Shown here: positions 30,205-42,625 of the stretch, piece after piece
Numbering within the stretch: the stretch's first letter is position 1
How the letters are laid out: each line of letters begins with the position of its first letter
Source: Psammoneis japonica
Lineage: Eukaryota
NCBI GenBank assembly: GCA_008632985.1
Contig: QPGO01000086.1
Span: 124,001-188,000, forward strand
Length of the DNA: 64,000 nucleotides
Direction of reading: 5' to 3'
Translations under genes and position numbers: made by a program
Notes under the pieces: model-generated
Database searches by the model: none
Seen by the model: the letters and a program-made list of their open reading frames with translations, nothing else
What the model was told of the DNA's origin: nothing

Positions 30205-31308
30205 TTGTGTTCACCATATCGGTTTGCACGACCCAGACGATGCATCTCTACTTATTCTTATGCTTCAGCACGGATCGATGCCGTGTCGGAATGGACACGT
30301 GAATACTTGAAGAAGAAGGCTTTGTCCAACGTAGTAACACGTCGTTCGACAATATTCGAAAGGATCATTAACTTTACGCCATCTAGTATCAGACTGTGGC
30401 AGGAATGTTTGCGGTATCACGACATTAATGAGGCCATGAAGAATCCTCGTAGTGTCTGGAGTTCCAGAACCAAACCACCGAGAAGACAATTGGAACAACA
30501 GCGTTTGCTGAGATATGATTTGCGTGGTGTTGCACCTACTGTTTTGGCTACCACATTGCCTTTTATTGGTTACTTTCCTCTCTTCTTGCGGTTGTCTTTC
30601 CTCAGCAACTGCTTTCTCGTCAGTTTTGGAATCCTTACGAGCGAGAATTGTATGCCTGTCGGGAATACCTACAGCGACGAGAGCATTATCAGAGGCTTGC
30701 GAATTACTTTTGGGCTCACCTTCATGTTCGAAACGTCACTCCAACGTAGCATCTTGCCCATGTTACAAACTGAAGGCATGGAGGATGCAGCGGGGCCCAT
30801 CTTTTCAAACATGGATTACCTTTATGAGGTGTTCTTTGACACGTCTTCGAAGCAGTCGTTTGCTCTAGACCTCCATGAGCTACCGAGGGAGCACCTTATT
30901 GCAATGTCACTGTGCATGTGTAGAAATCAGTCCCTCCCGTATCCGTGGAATTGGGTCTTGACGAATGTAGAACCAACCTTTGTGCTTCGTCAATACCTTT
31001 CTCGATTGGCGAAGGATATTTGCGCGGATGACGACGCCTTGTTGGAAGAAGAGCAGTGGGTACAAGTGCATGTCGCTGACAAAAGAAGAAGTGATCAATG
31101 CTTGCCTGTTACGTGGATTGCCTGTCACAATATCGTCGAAGAAATGAGAACATGCCTTACCAACTACCTCACAATGATCCAAAGCATCAAGTCGAAGCTG
31201 CCTCTGAATCACCTCGAAAACGCTCCATCAGGGCTGCAGATGCTCGTGTTGCATCTATCTGTGCTTCGATATCACCTCAAACATAGCAACAAACCAATCA
31301 AGCACTAG
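30205..31308 (+). CDS. LETM1-like domain protein with apparent frameshifts; start uncertain
   Basis: RRQLEQQRLLRYDLRGVAPTVL..LPFIGY and ICADDDALL; MSLTKEEVINACLLRG lies in another frame near 31070. Confidence 0.55.
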   Translation: MCSPYRFARPRRCISTYSYASARIDAVSEWTREYLKKKALSNVVTRRSTIFERIINFTPSSIRLWQECLRYHDINEAMKNPRSVWSSRTKPPRRQLEQQRLLRYDLRGVAPTVLATTLPFIGYFPLFLRLSFLSNCFLVSFGILTSENCMPVGNTYSDESIIRGLRITFGLTFMFETSLQRSILPMLQTEGMEDAAGPIFSNMDYLYEVFFDTSSKQSFALDLHELPREHLIAMSLCMCRNQSLPYPWNWVLTNVEPTFVLRQYLSRLAKDICADDDALLEEEQWVQVHVADKRRSDQCLPVTWIACHNIVEEMRTCLTNYLTMIQSIKSKLPLNHLENAPSGLQMLVLHLSVLRYHLKHSNKPIKH

Positions 31309-31370
31309 AGAGAAGAATAGACAATTCACATGTCTACTGAAATGAATTGAAACTAAACAATGTTATACCT

Positions 31371-33936
31371 CTAAGCTTTCGGTTTTATGACCGTGGCAAG
31401 AATACCGTGATCGCTGGGGAACTGAAGGGTCGGGAAGGCCATGTCTTCAATGTACTTCTTGTTTCCCGTATTGTCCTTCCAAGTCTGTACAACCTTGAAA
31501 TCACCTTTGTTGAAGAGAATAAAGTCCTTGGGGTTGACATCTCCCTTTTCGCGCTTCTCGGTACTCTTGCAAGCCTTATTGAGCTGCGGCTGAAGATAAG
31601 TACGAGCATTGTAGGTGGTGTAATTACTTGGTTGCGGAACGTCTCCCCAGCACGACGTCAATCCGTTCTTGACGTATGATTTGCCAAAGTCCAAGACATC
31701 CTGTTGCTTCTTGGGCGTGGCGTTTTCATACGTGTTGGCATCCAATCCAAAGATCAAACGATGATCGTGGAGTTTGTTCTTGCCATTCTTCATGGCTGCC
31801 ACAACCGCATCGACAACGGGTTTGGTAGCGAGTCCATTGGTATCGCCGTGGAACGACGCCACAACGAGGGGAAGGCCATCAACGCTCTTGGTAGTAATGG
31901 CGAGAATGTCGCCATTGGCCACGGGCACGCCGCCGTCCTTGGGAAAGGCTGCCGTCACCTTGGAGGTGATCTCTTCAATCTTGCCCTCGGGGAAGGTATT
32001 TTTGTTGAGACACACAACCGAGTTTTGATCACGAGTCGAATCCAATTCCTTTGGAGCTTCAATGTGGAACTTCTTTCCCAACTGGCTAGACCGAGCCTGA
32101 TCAATAAAGGCAGAGGATACTTCCTGAAGGGTAATGATATCGCTGTCCATGTACACATTGTTCAAAATATCCATGGTATGTGGGACCTTTTGCTTGTTCA
32201 ATTCGTTCACCATGCGCCTCTTGAGCTTTTGCCACACTTCCGGTTCGGAGACCGTGTTCATCATGTGAACAAGGATTGCGTCAAAAATAGCACCGCACAT
32301 GGTCTGAAGAGGCAACGAGTCCTTTTCTTCCTGCTCGGTGATTTCAGGATACTTGAGCTTCTTGATGGGCTGCAGCATTTCATAAGGCTTTAGTTTCTCG
32401 ACACCCTCCTTGGTTTTGATTTTGAGCGGCTTCTCAAACATAAAGTTCTCCCAAGCATCCCACCACTTGGCCATGGTTCCCAAGTCTCCGTCGTACATGT
32501 TAATGACGGTCGGGCGACAAACGGGCTCACCCTGGTCCTCAACGTTGATGGTATTGGTTATTCTGTCAGGCATGGAAGCGAGACGCTTGCTACCCAATTG
32601 CGGATCCTGGAATGTGGTGAAGATAGATGATTACAGAGTGAGAACGTGCCTCTCTTTCAACTGATGAGACCTTCATCTAAATCTGTTCTTACCTTCATGA
32701 ACTGGGAAATAATCTTGCGGTTCCTAAAATCATCCTGCCAGTAACTCTTCATGGACTTCCATCCAACACCAGTCAACTTGCTATCGAGCTTGTTGAACAT
32801 TTCGTCTGTAAAAACCTCGTGCACAGGTTTGTCCTTGCCACCGGGATTCTCCAAGAACTTTTCGATATTGACCATCAGCTCTTCATACTTTGGGTTGTCG
32901 CCAATCGTGATCCAGTATTCAAAGGGATTGTTGTTGATCGCAGCCACGTTCCAAGTAGCAATCGAGAGCTTACGCCCGGACGCTCTCATTTGAGCGAGAG
33001 CCATGTCTGCGGCTCCTCCTCCCAAGAAACTTCCGGCACCGCCTGTAATTCGACCAACGAGAAAAAAAGAGAGAGAAAACGTAGGAATGAGCTATATGAT
33101 TCATCCAGAAGTAGCGCAAGAGCTGTTACAAAACACACCCGATCTATACAAAAAGGCGGTGTAGAGTGTGGTAGCAACTAGAAACGTAATGATTCGTTTT
33201 CGATACAGAAAACACGCCGTACAAACGGTTCCTGCACTACCACCTCCACCGCTAAAGGGACCACGACGATACGCAACAAAGTCTCGACGACCGTAGGCCA
33301 TGAGTTACACACAAGACCGACAGCAACAAAAACGTTGCGCCGCAAAAAATTATGGAGAAGAGAGTTGGAAAAAACGACGGTCTGTGCGGTGCCACGCAAA
33401 AGATTTTGGGGCGTAGAAATCTACGCGGATTGTGTACCGGTCATCGAATGACCGCGATTGGGAGAAAGAAAAGCGAACCAGAAAAATGACATGGCCATGG
33501 CGTAAAACGCCTACGATAAGTCGAGCAAAATAAATTTTCCTCGCTTCATGCTTGTAGATGTTGATCAAGAAGAGTATGCGAGTAGCTTGGAGAAAAGAAT
33601 GGGCGAACTATGGATCGATAACGGAGAAAAATACCTTTTCTGAACACACATCAATTCATCCAGATCGATTTCATCTCGTCAGGCATGAAAGAAACCAAGA
33701 AATAGCTTTCTCTCTCATACGATCATCCGATAAGCTATATAAGCTTTCAATTAGTTTTTTCCAAACTTACCCTTAACGACGACAGCGGCGACAATCATAA
33801 GTCCAACAACACTCGCAATGATTACGTTGCGACGGAAGTTGTAGCTCCGAGGACACCCCTTTTTACGTTTGGTGGTGGGATCGTGCCCATGTTCCTCATC
33901 GTGAGGCACCGAAGTGTAATCGGCTTCGGTCATCAT
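31371..33936 (-). CDS. Membrane-anchored endonuclease/exonuclease/phosphatase-family protein (exons ~33936-33770, ~33042-32693, ~32607-31371)
   Basis: IATWNVAAIN, IITLQEV, FGLDANT, FPSDHGIL; the N-terminal TM exon splices in phase. Confidence 0.75.
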
Positions 33937-34670
33937 TTTTCGTTGTGGTGTCGGCGAATGTCGCTGTCTCATGCGATGCAAAACGAGACTTGCCAACAAT
34001 CGCTGCTTTTCAGTGGCGTTGCGGGACAGCGGCGAAGTGACCCGAGTCGCGTTTTGTCAAAGACTTTTGGCTGGTATGTTTCATGTAGAATCCTACGGCA
34101 ACACATGAATGACGATATGTTGCGCCATTAGTCGGAGGGATCATTACAGATTTCAAATTGCTAGAGGAAGCCTCTACTCTGCTCTTCTACGGTACTACTA
34201 GATAGGTTGCCACTCCTATCCAGTTGGCTACTCGTATTCGTATGAACTGCTCACTGTATCCACAGCTGTGGAGTTTTGCGTGGTCCCTGTCTCTGCTACG
34301 AGTATGCAAGACAGGTTGCCAGAATTCACAAGGCCTGCTTTTAAAGCTGCCGGCAGCCCACATGTTATAGACGACGTTTCTGTGACGAAAGTGCAGTTCC
34401 ATCATGGCATGTAGGCAAAGCAGACGAACTCTGTTGAACCCCATTGGCGCGGCAAAGCCAAAAGTCACGACCATCCATACTGTACCGGTAGCGAGATAGT
34501 GACAATACCGCAAAATACCATACGGCAAGTGGAGAAGAATACAGTACGACATTTTCATGTCGGTATTGAGACGGTTCTACGGTATTGGGGGTATCTAATA
34601 TACATTATGCGTACAACATGCTTTCACAGCACGACAGTCCATTGAGCGAGAGAGCGAATGCAAAAGTAGT

Positions 34671-37505
34671 CTACAGCAGTGCTCTCTCGTGGATCTTGGT
34701 GCTTTTCTTTCCACTCTTTCCGCTCGTTTTCTTCCCCGTTTTACTCGATTTTGATCCCTTTTTACCACCCTTGCCTCCTCTGACTTTGATATCAAGGACC
34801 CCGTCATATAACGATGCATCAGTAAAGAAATCAGTCTGGTTGCCTACTTCATTGACGTCATAAACGGGTGTCAACAGCACTTTCCCCCGAGCACCTCTGT
34901 AGTCGTTGGTACCAGCGGTGATGTCCAAGTAGTTTTTCATTCCGTCAACAACGTTTCCACCCGCAGTCACCGTGTTACCAAACAAGTCAGAGTATGTAAA
35001 GATGCATGAGCCAACGCCCGGTTTCTTGACGCTAGCAACCCGGCGTCTTACACAAGACCCGGCGACATCGCCAATTTGTACGTCTTCCTCAGCATGAGCA
35101 ATGAGAGCGTTCCATAAAAAGACGACACCGGGTTGATCGACTCCACTATCAGTTGCAAAACGGGAGACTTCGGATAAAGGCGGCTGTCGGAATTGTGTAC
35201 GTGGTTCCCAACGCTGCGGCACAGGTAGCGGCGCCACGGTAGGTGTTGCAGAAAACTTGGAGACTGGGTGGGTGCTGGCGTCCCAGGCGTAGGGCCACTC
35301 GGTGGCGAGGATGACGGAGCCGATGTGGCTCTTACTATGCATTGTTCGGCAGTTTGATTGAGCGAGTCACTGAATACTTTGAAGAGGACCGGGGGGATTT
35401 GAGGAACGCCAAGGAAATAGAAATCTCCATTGGGACCAAAGTCACCGCACCCATCTTGCTTTCTCAAAAATGCTTCATTAGCACTTTCCATGTCGAATTC
35501 CCAGTCGTTCGTTCCGTCGAAAAGCCAATCTTTCAAGTTCAGGTCATTATCTAAGAAGAGGGTGCGGTTTGCTGGGGTTTTCATGGAGCTTATTCGAATA
35601 AATGCATCATTTCCTTCACACGAGCATTCATTGGCTTGGAATGTAACACTTGGCAGCTCAACCAGTCCAAACGTTTCCTTGAAGAACTGTTCATCAAAGC
35701 CTTGTCCAAGTGCTTTGCCGGAACCACCAAGGGTCAATATTAGGTCAGACTTGAACTCCGTCAAACTCACAGGAAATCGCGAGAGAAGAAACGGGTTGGT
35801 AAGGGCCAATTCAGTTTCCAAGGTGACGTCTGCCTTTGCATTAACTGCCGCTTCGAGCAAGTTTACAATATTGACATCAACAGTAAACTCAAGAAAAGCA
35901 TTACCATCGAACGAAAGAGAGCCTTCGGGCAGAATCGGGTCAATCATTGGGTTCGGTGTGTTCAGCTGCTTGATTGGAGAAAATCCCGAATCTCGGTCAT
36001 ACGTCACGCCTCCCCTCGCAATCCCTTCACAGTGATGTTGACCCCCACTTTAAATGATCCTGTTATCTCATATGCAGTACCGGCGGTTAGCGTCGGCGTG
36101 ATTACAATAGGAATTCCAATCACCGGAATGCCGAAGGCAAACGCTCTACTAGCCACGGGACCTTCGTAGTTTGCCAGAGACTGCTGTTTGTAGCGTTTGT
36201 AGAAATAGTGTTGTTGCCCGTAGTAGTCGTATTTCCCTGCGTGCTGTTCGTAGTGTTGGTAGAGAAGGTGCTGTTGCCTGAAATAGACAGTTCAGTTTCA
36301 AACAAAAGGGAGAGGGCAAAATCGTAATTGAGCGTTGCTTCGACGCTTGCTTGCACCAAATTTAGCACACTTCGAACTGTAATGGAAGCTTTGACGGTAA
36401 GAGGAACCTTTGCTTTGGCATCGATAGTCAGTAAATCATTGAAGACAGAGAAAGACTCATTGAAATCTACGAGGGGAAGACTTCCGAGGCATTCAAGTCT
36501 GGCGGGTTTTCCAAAAAAAATTCCAACCGGGTTTCTTGAACTGCAGGAAAAATCTTTCTGCGCTCCGTTCTTGTAAACAGTCTCTTCATCAGGTACTCGA
36601 TCAGTATTGTAAACACCATCGAATTCCAGGTTCTTGTAAACGTCTGACAGATTAGCGTTGGAAACGGTCAGTTTAACGCGTGTGGCTTCGAACTGAATTA
36701 TTCCAATAATTTTGACCAAAAAGCTTTTGCCAGACGTAGTGATGCCAGACACGAAGTTGCCTGGCATCATTTGCTTTGAAACTGCGGTATCAATCCTTCC
36801 TTGGTAAGTCAATTGTGACTTGATTTCATCAAGCTCAACAAGGTCTAGAGAGAAAACGGAAGAAAAAGTGTCGACGAGAACAGCGCCATCGTAAAGTTCG
36901 GGATTTACACTTGACACCTTCACTTCGGCGGTGTCTCCAACAGAAGGGGAGTAGTCCTGGATATTCGGAGTTACGAGAAAGGTGTGGACGACTCCTTTCT
37001 CGAGTCCTTCGAGGGTGTATTTGTTATCCCTTGTGTTGTGGTACATGAGTGAAGAGTTGGCTTCGTCTTGAAATTCATTAATCAAATCGGCCATATCAAC
37101 GTCCCCCTGAGTGGCTACGCCGTTGAGAGTTGGAAAGTCGTAGTATCCAACAGCGCAAAAAACGTCGTAGGAAAGGTCTTTGTCTGCGGCGACGTCGCCA
37201 TTGTCTCTAAAGGCCGGAAACCATTCAAGATCCACGGTCCCAGCAAGAATTGATGTTGCAGCCGATATGCCTCGGAAGTTGAGGTTGGAGCCTCGTACTC
37301 GTAAGTTTCGTTCCAGCTGATTTTGATTCTGGGAATCATCTTCTCTGGTAGGTGCCCTGAGGTTCGAAGATATGCCCGAAAACGATGTGCTTGGGGCCTT
37401 GGCTGGCGTTGAATCGCTTCTTTCGGCCCTCCCGATGGCGTCAGACAATGTGCACAAGCTGAGCACGAAGCATAATAAAAGGGTGCGATTAGTGACGATC
37501 TGCAT
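34671..37505 (-). CDS. Large secreted protein with an FN3-like N-terminal region and a dirigent/allene-oxide-cyclase-like C-terminal barrel; split by two apparent 1-nt deletions (~36157, ~35253)
   Basis: Signal peptide, RNL motif, VDLEWFPA..LSYDVF..LEGLEKG, P/S/T linker, GSCVR..ITAGTNDYRGARG; three ORFs join if one base is added in each of two homopolymers. Confidence 0.6.
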
Positions 37506-37988
37506 CGATGATACCGTATATGATATATGAACGTCTAGTTGGTTTCCTCGTTGCTCTTTGCTCTGGCTTTGCAAGTAACGGTAGGATTAGACTAGACTAC
37601 TTCTGTACCGTCTACTGGGAGCTCTTTTTGCTTTTTGTGAGGAGTGCTGTCGCTCTTTGTGAGGGGCACTAATTCAAATTGTCGAAAAACATTCAACTAT
37701 ATCCGTATACATATTTGTCTATAATGTTTGAAAATGTCAGTATCTGAATTACTCCTGATGCAATTCCAACGGTTGTGGAAAGGGTCGTGTAAGCTATTAA
37801 TTGAGATGAGTTATTATCATCTTCGTTTACATATTTATTTCAAACTTTATACTCTATTCTGATTTTTGAAATTTTCTCTCAAAATACCATAGTCGAAAGT
37901 GCACCAAAATAGTATCAAGTACCTTTATATTCCTGAGAATATAATATATTGATGAGACGAGCTCGATTCGTCCGCCTCGCCTCTGGGA

Positions 37989-38304
37989 CACTCTCCATCG
38001 TGAGTCTATGCGTCGACCGTTGTCGTGTGCGCGCACACCCGAAGTCTCCTCATAGACTCTCGCGGAAGTAAGACGGACGATGTACCAGGGTCGTATGTAG
38101 GCGATTTGTTACCGTGCCCTCCTGGTATGTTTCGTGTAGAATTCTCCGTAGAAAAGTTTTTTGCGTATGTAGAAACATACGGGGATTCCGGAGGCATCGT
38201 AACAAACCGTCCGTCTGACTTCCGCGAGAGTCTATGAGGAGACCTTCGTGTGCGTGCGAGCGCGCGCGAAGAACGGTCGACGCATAGACTCACGATGGAG
38301 AGTG
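37989..38304. mobile_element. Mutator-like MITE (family B), 316 bp
   Basis: 33-bp perfect TIR CACTCTCCATCGTGAGTCTATGCGTCGACCGTT extending imperfectly to ~110 bp; 9-bp TSD CCTCTGGGA (37980-88, 38305-13). Confidence 0.92.
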
Positions 38305-39439
38305 CCTCTGGGATGGAGTGAGCGATCAAACCATGGTGCGGTGGTCGTTAGGCTACCGCCAGCCCTCAAAAATGATTTCATTCACTCGCTACTGCACGGA
38401 AAAGTCTGACATCGACTCCTCACTTGTTGGATAAGCACCTTGCTCTTCGCGTTTACAATGCCGATGCACGGTACCCTGGTACTGTACCTCTCATGGAATC
38501 TGCAGCTGCAGCTCGGATATGTGTTTTGTCGACAATATTTTTCTTCATTGAGCTTCACCCTTCAACCTTTCGCATCATGAAAAAGTACCGACCGTGATAC
38601 TTGAGACATATAGATGTGTGGGGCGACGAGCCAACACTCAACACAGCCCCGATTGCCGATGACAAGCAAGAGGCATTGTGGCACTGATGGAACTACCCGT
38701 ATTTGATCATATTACAGGTGCCAAAGATGGCTGTGGCAGTGAATAGGAAGCAACTAAACTTCTCACACCCCACAAATTTCTGACGTCCTCTAAAAAGCAT
38801 CTAGACATACAAAGAAATTCTCGGGCCTCGGTGTCATGAGCTTCTTCGAGGTGCACCAACAGCATCTCTCATGTTCAATCCCAGCTGAGACTGCGTGCCT
38901 CAAGCTCACGGCGGAGATCTGGAACGCACAGTTCCTTATGTCCACCATGGCTTTTTACACCCGTCGGTATTGAGGCGGAAGTATGACCGCCTATCTGCTT
39001 CCCGGAAAATACTACGGTTGGAGCGAGCTCGACACCGCACTTGCTTGGAGGTGCGACGTTTCTCGCGTATCTCTTGCGTTGCCTTTGAAAGTCAACGCAT
39101 GGCGCGAAGACTGCCTCGCACGAGGGTCGCTACTGGCCATGCTCTCTTGTTGCTTTATATTCAAAAAGGCTTTTGACTTCTTCCCTCGGCGGGCGAGCGA
39201 CTATTGTTGGTTCTTATGAAAGTTTAAAAGCGACAAATTTGGGGACGATCCGCACATAGTATTTAACGTAATGCATGAGCAGCGCTGCGAGGAGTAGGCC
39301 TGCCTGCGGCTGATACGTCGTTCCTGTCGTAGCCACAAACCATTCACCCTTGTCATTTCATCTGTTGTCGTACAGTACTTTCGTTTCATGCGAGGATCAG
39401 GTAGATCCAACCACTCTACGTACCAGACGTTCCGTAGTT

Positions 39440-39748
39440 ATCCACAATCTTGCGACTAGTCAAGACTGTCCGATCTCGTGCTTCTTCTTTCCTTACAAAC
39501 ATAGCTGCACAGCTCGGGGTTTTGGCAGAGAACGTAAAATACCTTGCTTGGGGAAAAGTATCGACGGGAAGGGTCAAGAAAGTGTAGTTCGTAATCCACA
39601 ATCTTGCGACTAGTCAAGACTGTCCGAACTCGTGCTTCTTCTTTCCTTACAAACATAGCTGCACAGCTCGGGGTTTTGGCAGAGAACGTAAAATACCTTG
39701 CTTGGGGCAAAGTATCGACGGGAAGGATCAAGAAAGTGTAGCTCATAA
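39440..39748. repeat. 154-bp tandem duplication of the 3' end of the LRR gene
   Basis: 39440-39593 is near-identical to 39594-39748. Confidence 0.92.
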
Positions 39749-40551
39749 TGAGTGCGACCGACTTTTTCCAACATGTACGCCCAAAGGCCAGGATGCGCAT
39801 GTTTTTCTTTTAGCAGTCTTCGACCATTTCGATTCAATTCGAGATAAAAGTGGCAGAGCAATGGAAGATTCATAGTTGACTCCAAGTATTGAAGAGTCAT
39901 GTTGTCCTGCAGATACTCAATCATAGCTTTGCAATTTTTTCTGCGTATGTTTTCAGATCGAATGGTGAGTCTCTCGAGAGATTTGTTTTGAAGGAGAGCT
40001 GCTGCAATTGCGTCTGATCCTTTACAGGACAATCTTTCTCCACTATACAACAATTCTTTCAGCGTCTGGTTAGATTCCAATAGTCTGCCGCAGGCAGTTG
40101 CACCCCCATCACCCACGCCATTTCCCGTAAGCGCGAATTCTCTTACGGATCGATTGTTCTGAAGCGCGTGTACCAACAATTCTGCTTGCGAGTCACTTAT
40201 TTCACGACAAAGAAAGTACACAGATTTCAATGTTTGAGTTCTGGATAGCAACTCGCTCCATGCTGCAACAGCTTCCTCCTTCATAGGATTCAACGACACC
40301 ATTTTGAGCTGCTCCACAAATGTATTTTGCAGCAGTGCACTGACAAAAGCAAAAGATCCATTGGTTCCAATGTCGCAATAGAGATTCAGTGTCACGACGG
40401 TCGTGTTGTTTGCAAGCACAGCTGCAATCGCTACGGCATCAGCATCTCCAAGCGGCTCCTCGAGGCACAAAAAGAGGTGAGTCAACTCGGGATCGTTTCT
40501 CTTCAGCCGCTTGCAAATATCCTGAATTTTGGGGAATTCCATGATGCTCAT
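39610..40551 (-). CDS. RNI-like leucine-rich repeat protein
   Basis: LKRNDPELTHL, repeated LxxNxT/SL units, C-terminal FYLELNRNGRRLL..LW..L..VFYVL. Confidence 0.85.
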   Translation of the reverse strand: MSIMEFPKIQDICKRLKRNDPELTHLFLCLEEPLGDADAVAIAAVLANNTTVVTLNLYCDIGTNGSFAFVSALLQNTFVEQLKMVSLNPMKEEAVAAWSELLSRTQTLKSVYFLCREISDSQAELLVHALQNNRSVREFALTGNGVGDGGATACGRLLESNQTLKELLYSGERLSCKGSDAIAAALLQNKSLERLTIRSENIRRKNCKAMIEYLQDNMTLQYLESTMNLPLLCHFYLELNRNGRRLLKEKHAHPGLWAYMLEKVGRTHYELHFLDPSRRYFAPSKVFYVLCQNPELCSYVCKERRSTSSDSLD

Positions 40552-41168
40552 AATCAGCAACCAGTAGCAGTAAGTTGTTGGCGAATGGAATACTCGGAGA
40601 ACTATCTTAGCAGTTGGCTGGCCTGGCCTTCCCTCTTCTGCTTTGTCGTTTCAGTTTCAACTTTGATAGGCTTACTGTGTGCGAGACCCGAGAAGTCAAG
40701 CAACAGACTGCCGAATGGAGCAACGATACAAAGCAACGGCACGAGCGACACAATAATCATATAGACAACTCGCTCAACCCCTCGGTATCATCTATCATCA
40801 TGGTCTATCATCAACACGCCACACGCCCTGGATGATGACAGACTGTGTTAAAACGCGGGACGACGGCTGGTACTTCAAAACTGACACTCTACGTTGGAAT
40901 GAAACATACAATGTCTTATACGCGTATTCAAGATTTCCCACGACTCACAGTAATGAACATAACCAGAGTCTAATGTAGAATAATCAAGATGGAAATTTCA
41001 TAATGTAAATGATATATTTATTTGAAGCCATATAATGTTGATGAAAAACTCACACGACCCACCACAGCTCAAGCAACCACGATCTCATTTTTCTCTTACC
41101 GGTATTTCTTATTTCTCCCGTGGTTTTCTCACTTCAGTACATACTTTCACACTCCCGCTCCCCAGGCC

Positions 41169-42191
41169 ATGAAGACCAGCACCACTCCCAACCTTCTTCG
41201 TTTGCTCTTTCTGTCCTTGACAGCTTCCCGAGTCTTGGGTGAACTTTGCGATGGTGCTGTTGAAGCCGTGAAGGAAATTGTTGATGCAGCCGAGGATGAT
41301 ATCAAAAGTGGAATCGCCGCTAGCGATTGCCCCGAAGCCGGAGGTTTCACCAACTTTAAATCCTTTGCATATTCCTCTACACCCGTTTCTTTGGATGGTG
41401 TTCTTAATAATCTCGCACCCGGACAAGCGCTTCCTATTCCCATGGATATTCCCATCCTTCCAGAGGAGGGCTTTGGTGCATGCATCGTCTACCATTCTTA
41501 CACGATGGACGACGACGCTGGTAACACAAATGAAGGAATTGCCGCCTACGTGTATGTGGATCTTGCCTTATTACTGCCCGTGCGCTTGCCGTTCCAAAAG
41601 TTCACTGCTATGAGGGTTGGAACAATCGATGATAGCTGCGACGAGGTCATCAAGTGCCTTGTAAAACGCGGCGGTGGGCCCTTTGGTAGACACCTCCGTA
41701 AGAAATCGTCTGACCGTGACCTTCTCCTTGATGATTTGTCCGCCGCGAGAAAGCTTCTCCCTTCTGATTTGTCCTCCATGAGAAAACTTCTCCCTTCTGA
41801 TCTGTCTTCCATGAGGAAACTTGCGGGTACAACTGTCTTGGATATGATTTCCAACCTTCCCGGTTTTGATGGGCTCTCACAGGATGCTCAGTTTGCAATT
41901 CTCATTATTGGCCTTTTTGCAGACTTTGTCGCGATGGATCTTATTCCAGCTGAAGAGGGAGGAGGTGTTGTCATTTATAGCTTTATGCTTGACGGTCTCT
42001 CTGGTATGGCTGAATCTATTGTTGGTAGGGAGGTACCCTTTGACTTCAATCCCAATATCCCAGATGGTGAGGAGTTTGTTACTCGTTTCATGATTGGCAA
42101 CAATGGAAACCCTATCCAGAAACTCGTCATCAGTGACACAGAGACCCCTGGCACATGCTACGTCAATCGCAGGCTGCTTGCACTCCCATAG
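41169..42191 (+). CDS. Secreted protein with clustered RXL motifs and an 11-aa tandem repeat
   Basis: Signal peptide after ATG 41169; RHL, RDL, (RKLLPSDLSSM)x2, RKL and terminal RRL. Confidence 0.75.
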   Translation: MKTSTTPNLLRLLFLSLTASRVLGELCDGAVEAVKEIVDAAEDDIKSGIAASDCPEAGGFTNFKSFAYSSTPVSLDGVLNNLAPGQALPIPMDIPILPEEGFGACIVYHSYTMDDDAGNTNEGIAAYVYVDLALLLPVRLPFQKFTAMRVGTIDDSCDEVIKCLVKRGGGPFGRHLRKKSSDRDLLLDDLSAARKLLPSDLSSMRKLLPSDLSSMRKLAGTTVLDMISNLPGFDGLSQDAQFAILIIGLFADFVAMDLIPAEEGGGVVIYSFMLDGLSGMAESIVGREVPFDFNPNIPDGEEFVTRFMIGNNGNPIQKLVISDTETPGTCYVNRRLLALP

Positions 42192-42625
42192 GCAGCTTCA
42201 GCTGACTACTTGGGATCTATGATTGTCACTTCACTTGCGACTGGGTTCGTGCTACATAATCGGTGTGTAAGAAGTTGTCTATTTGTAATGCCTCTCTCTT
42301 AAGTAGTACACGTCATGTGGTAGACTGCAGTTTTATCTCTAGTTAGCAAATTCACGTAGCAGCAGGATTTGTTATCTTGTCATTCGTTCTGCTGTTCTAG
42401 ATAGGCCTAGATTGGGGAAGACCAGCAAGCAGCCGAGCTGGATTATAGACCTAGCCTACGCATGCGGAATGCTGGCACTGATCGGATATGCGGCATGCAC
42501 ATCGTTTTTTGGGATGGGAAGATCGCGACAACCAGTTCAAAATACTAGTCGTCTCACAACCTTGCGTGCGACGCGCGCATTTATGATAGGCCGGTAGACA
42601 GTCTCATTGCTGCATTGGCGAAAAT

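Noticed and set aside
25680..36170. Frameshifts in ProDH, the LETM1-like gene and the 34.7-37.5 kb gene as programmed frameshifting or pseudogenisation
   Set aside because: Those I could locate (ProDH, 34.7-37.5 kb gene) are single-base losses in homopolymer runs, typical of long-read assembly error; needs polishing to settle.
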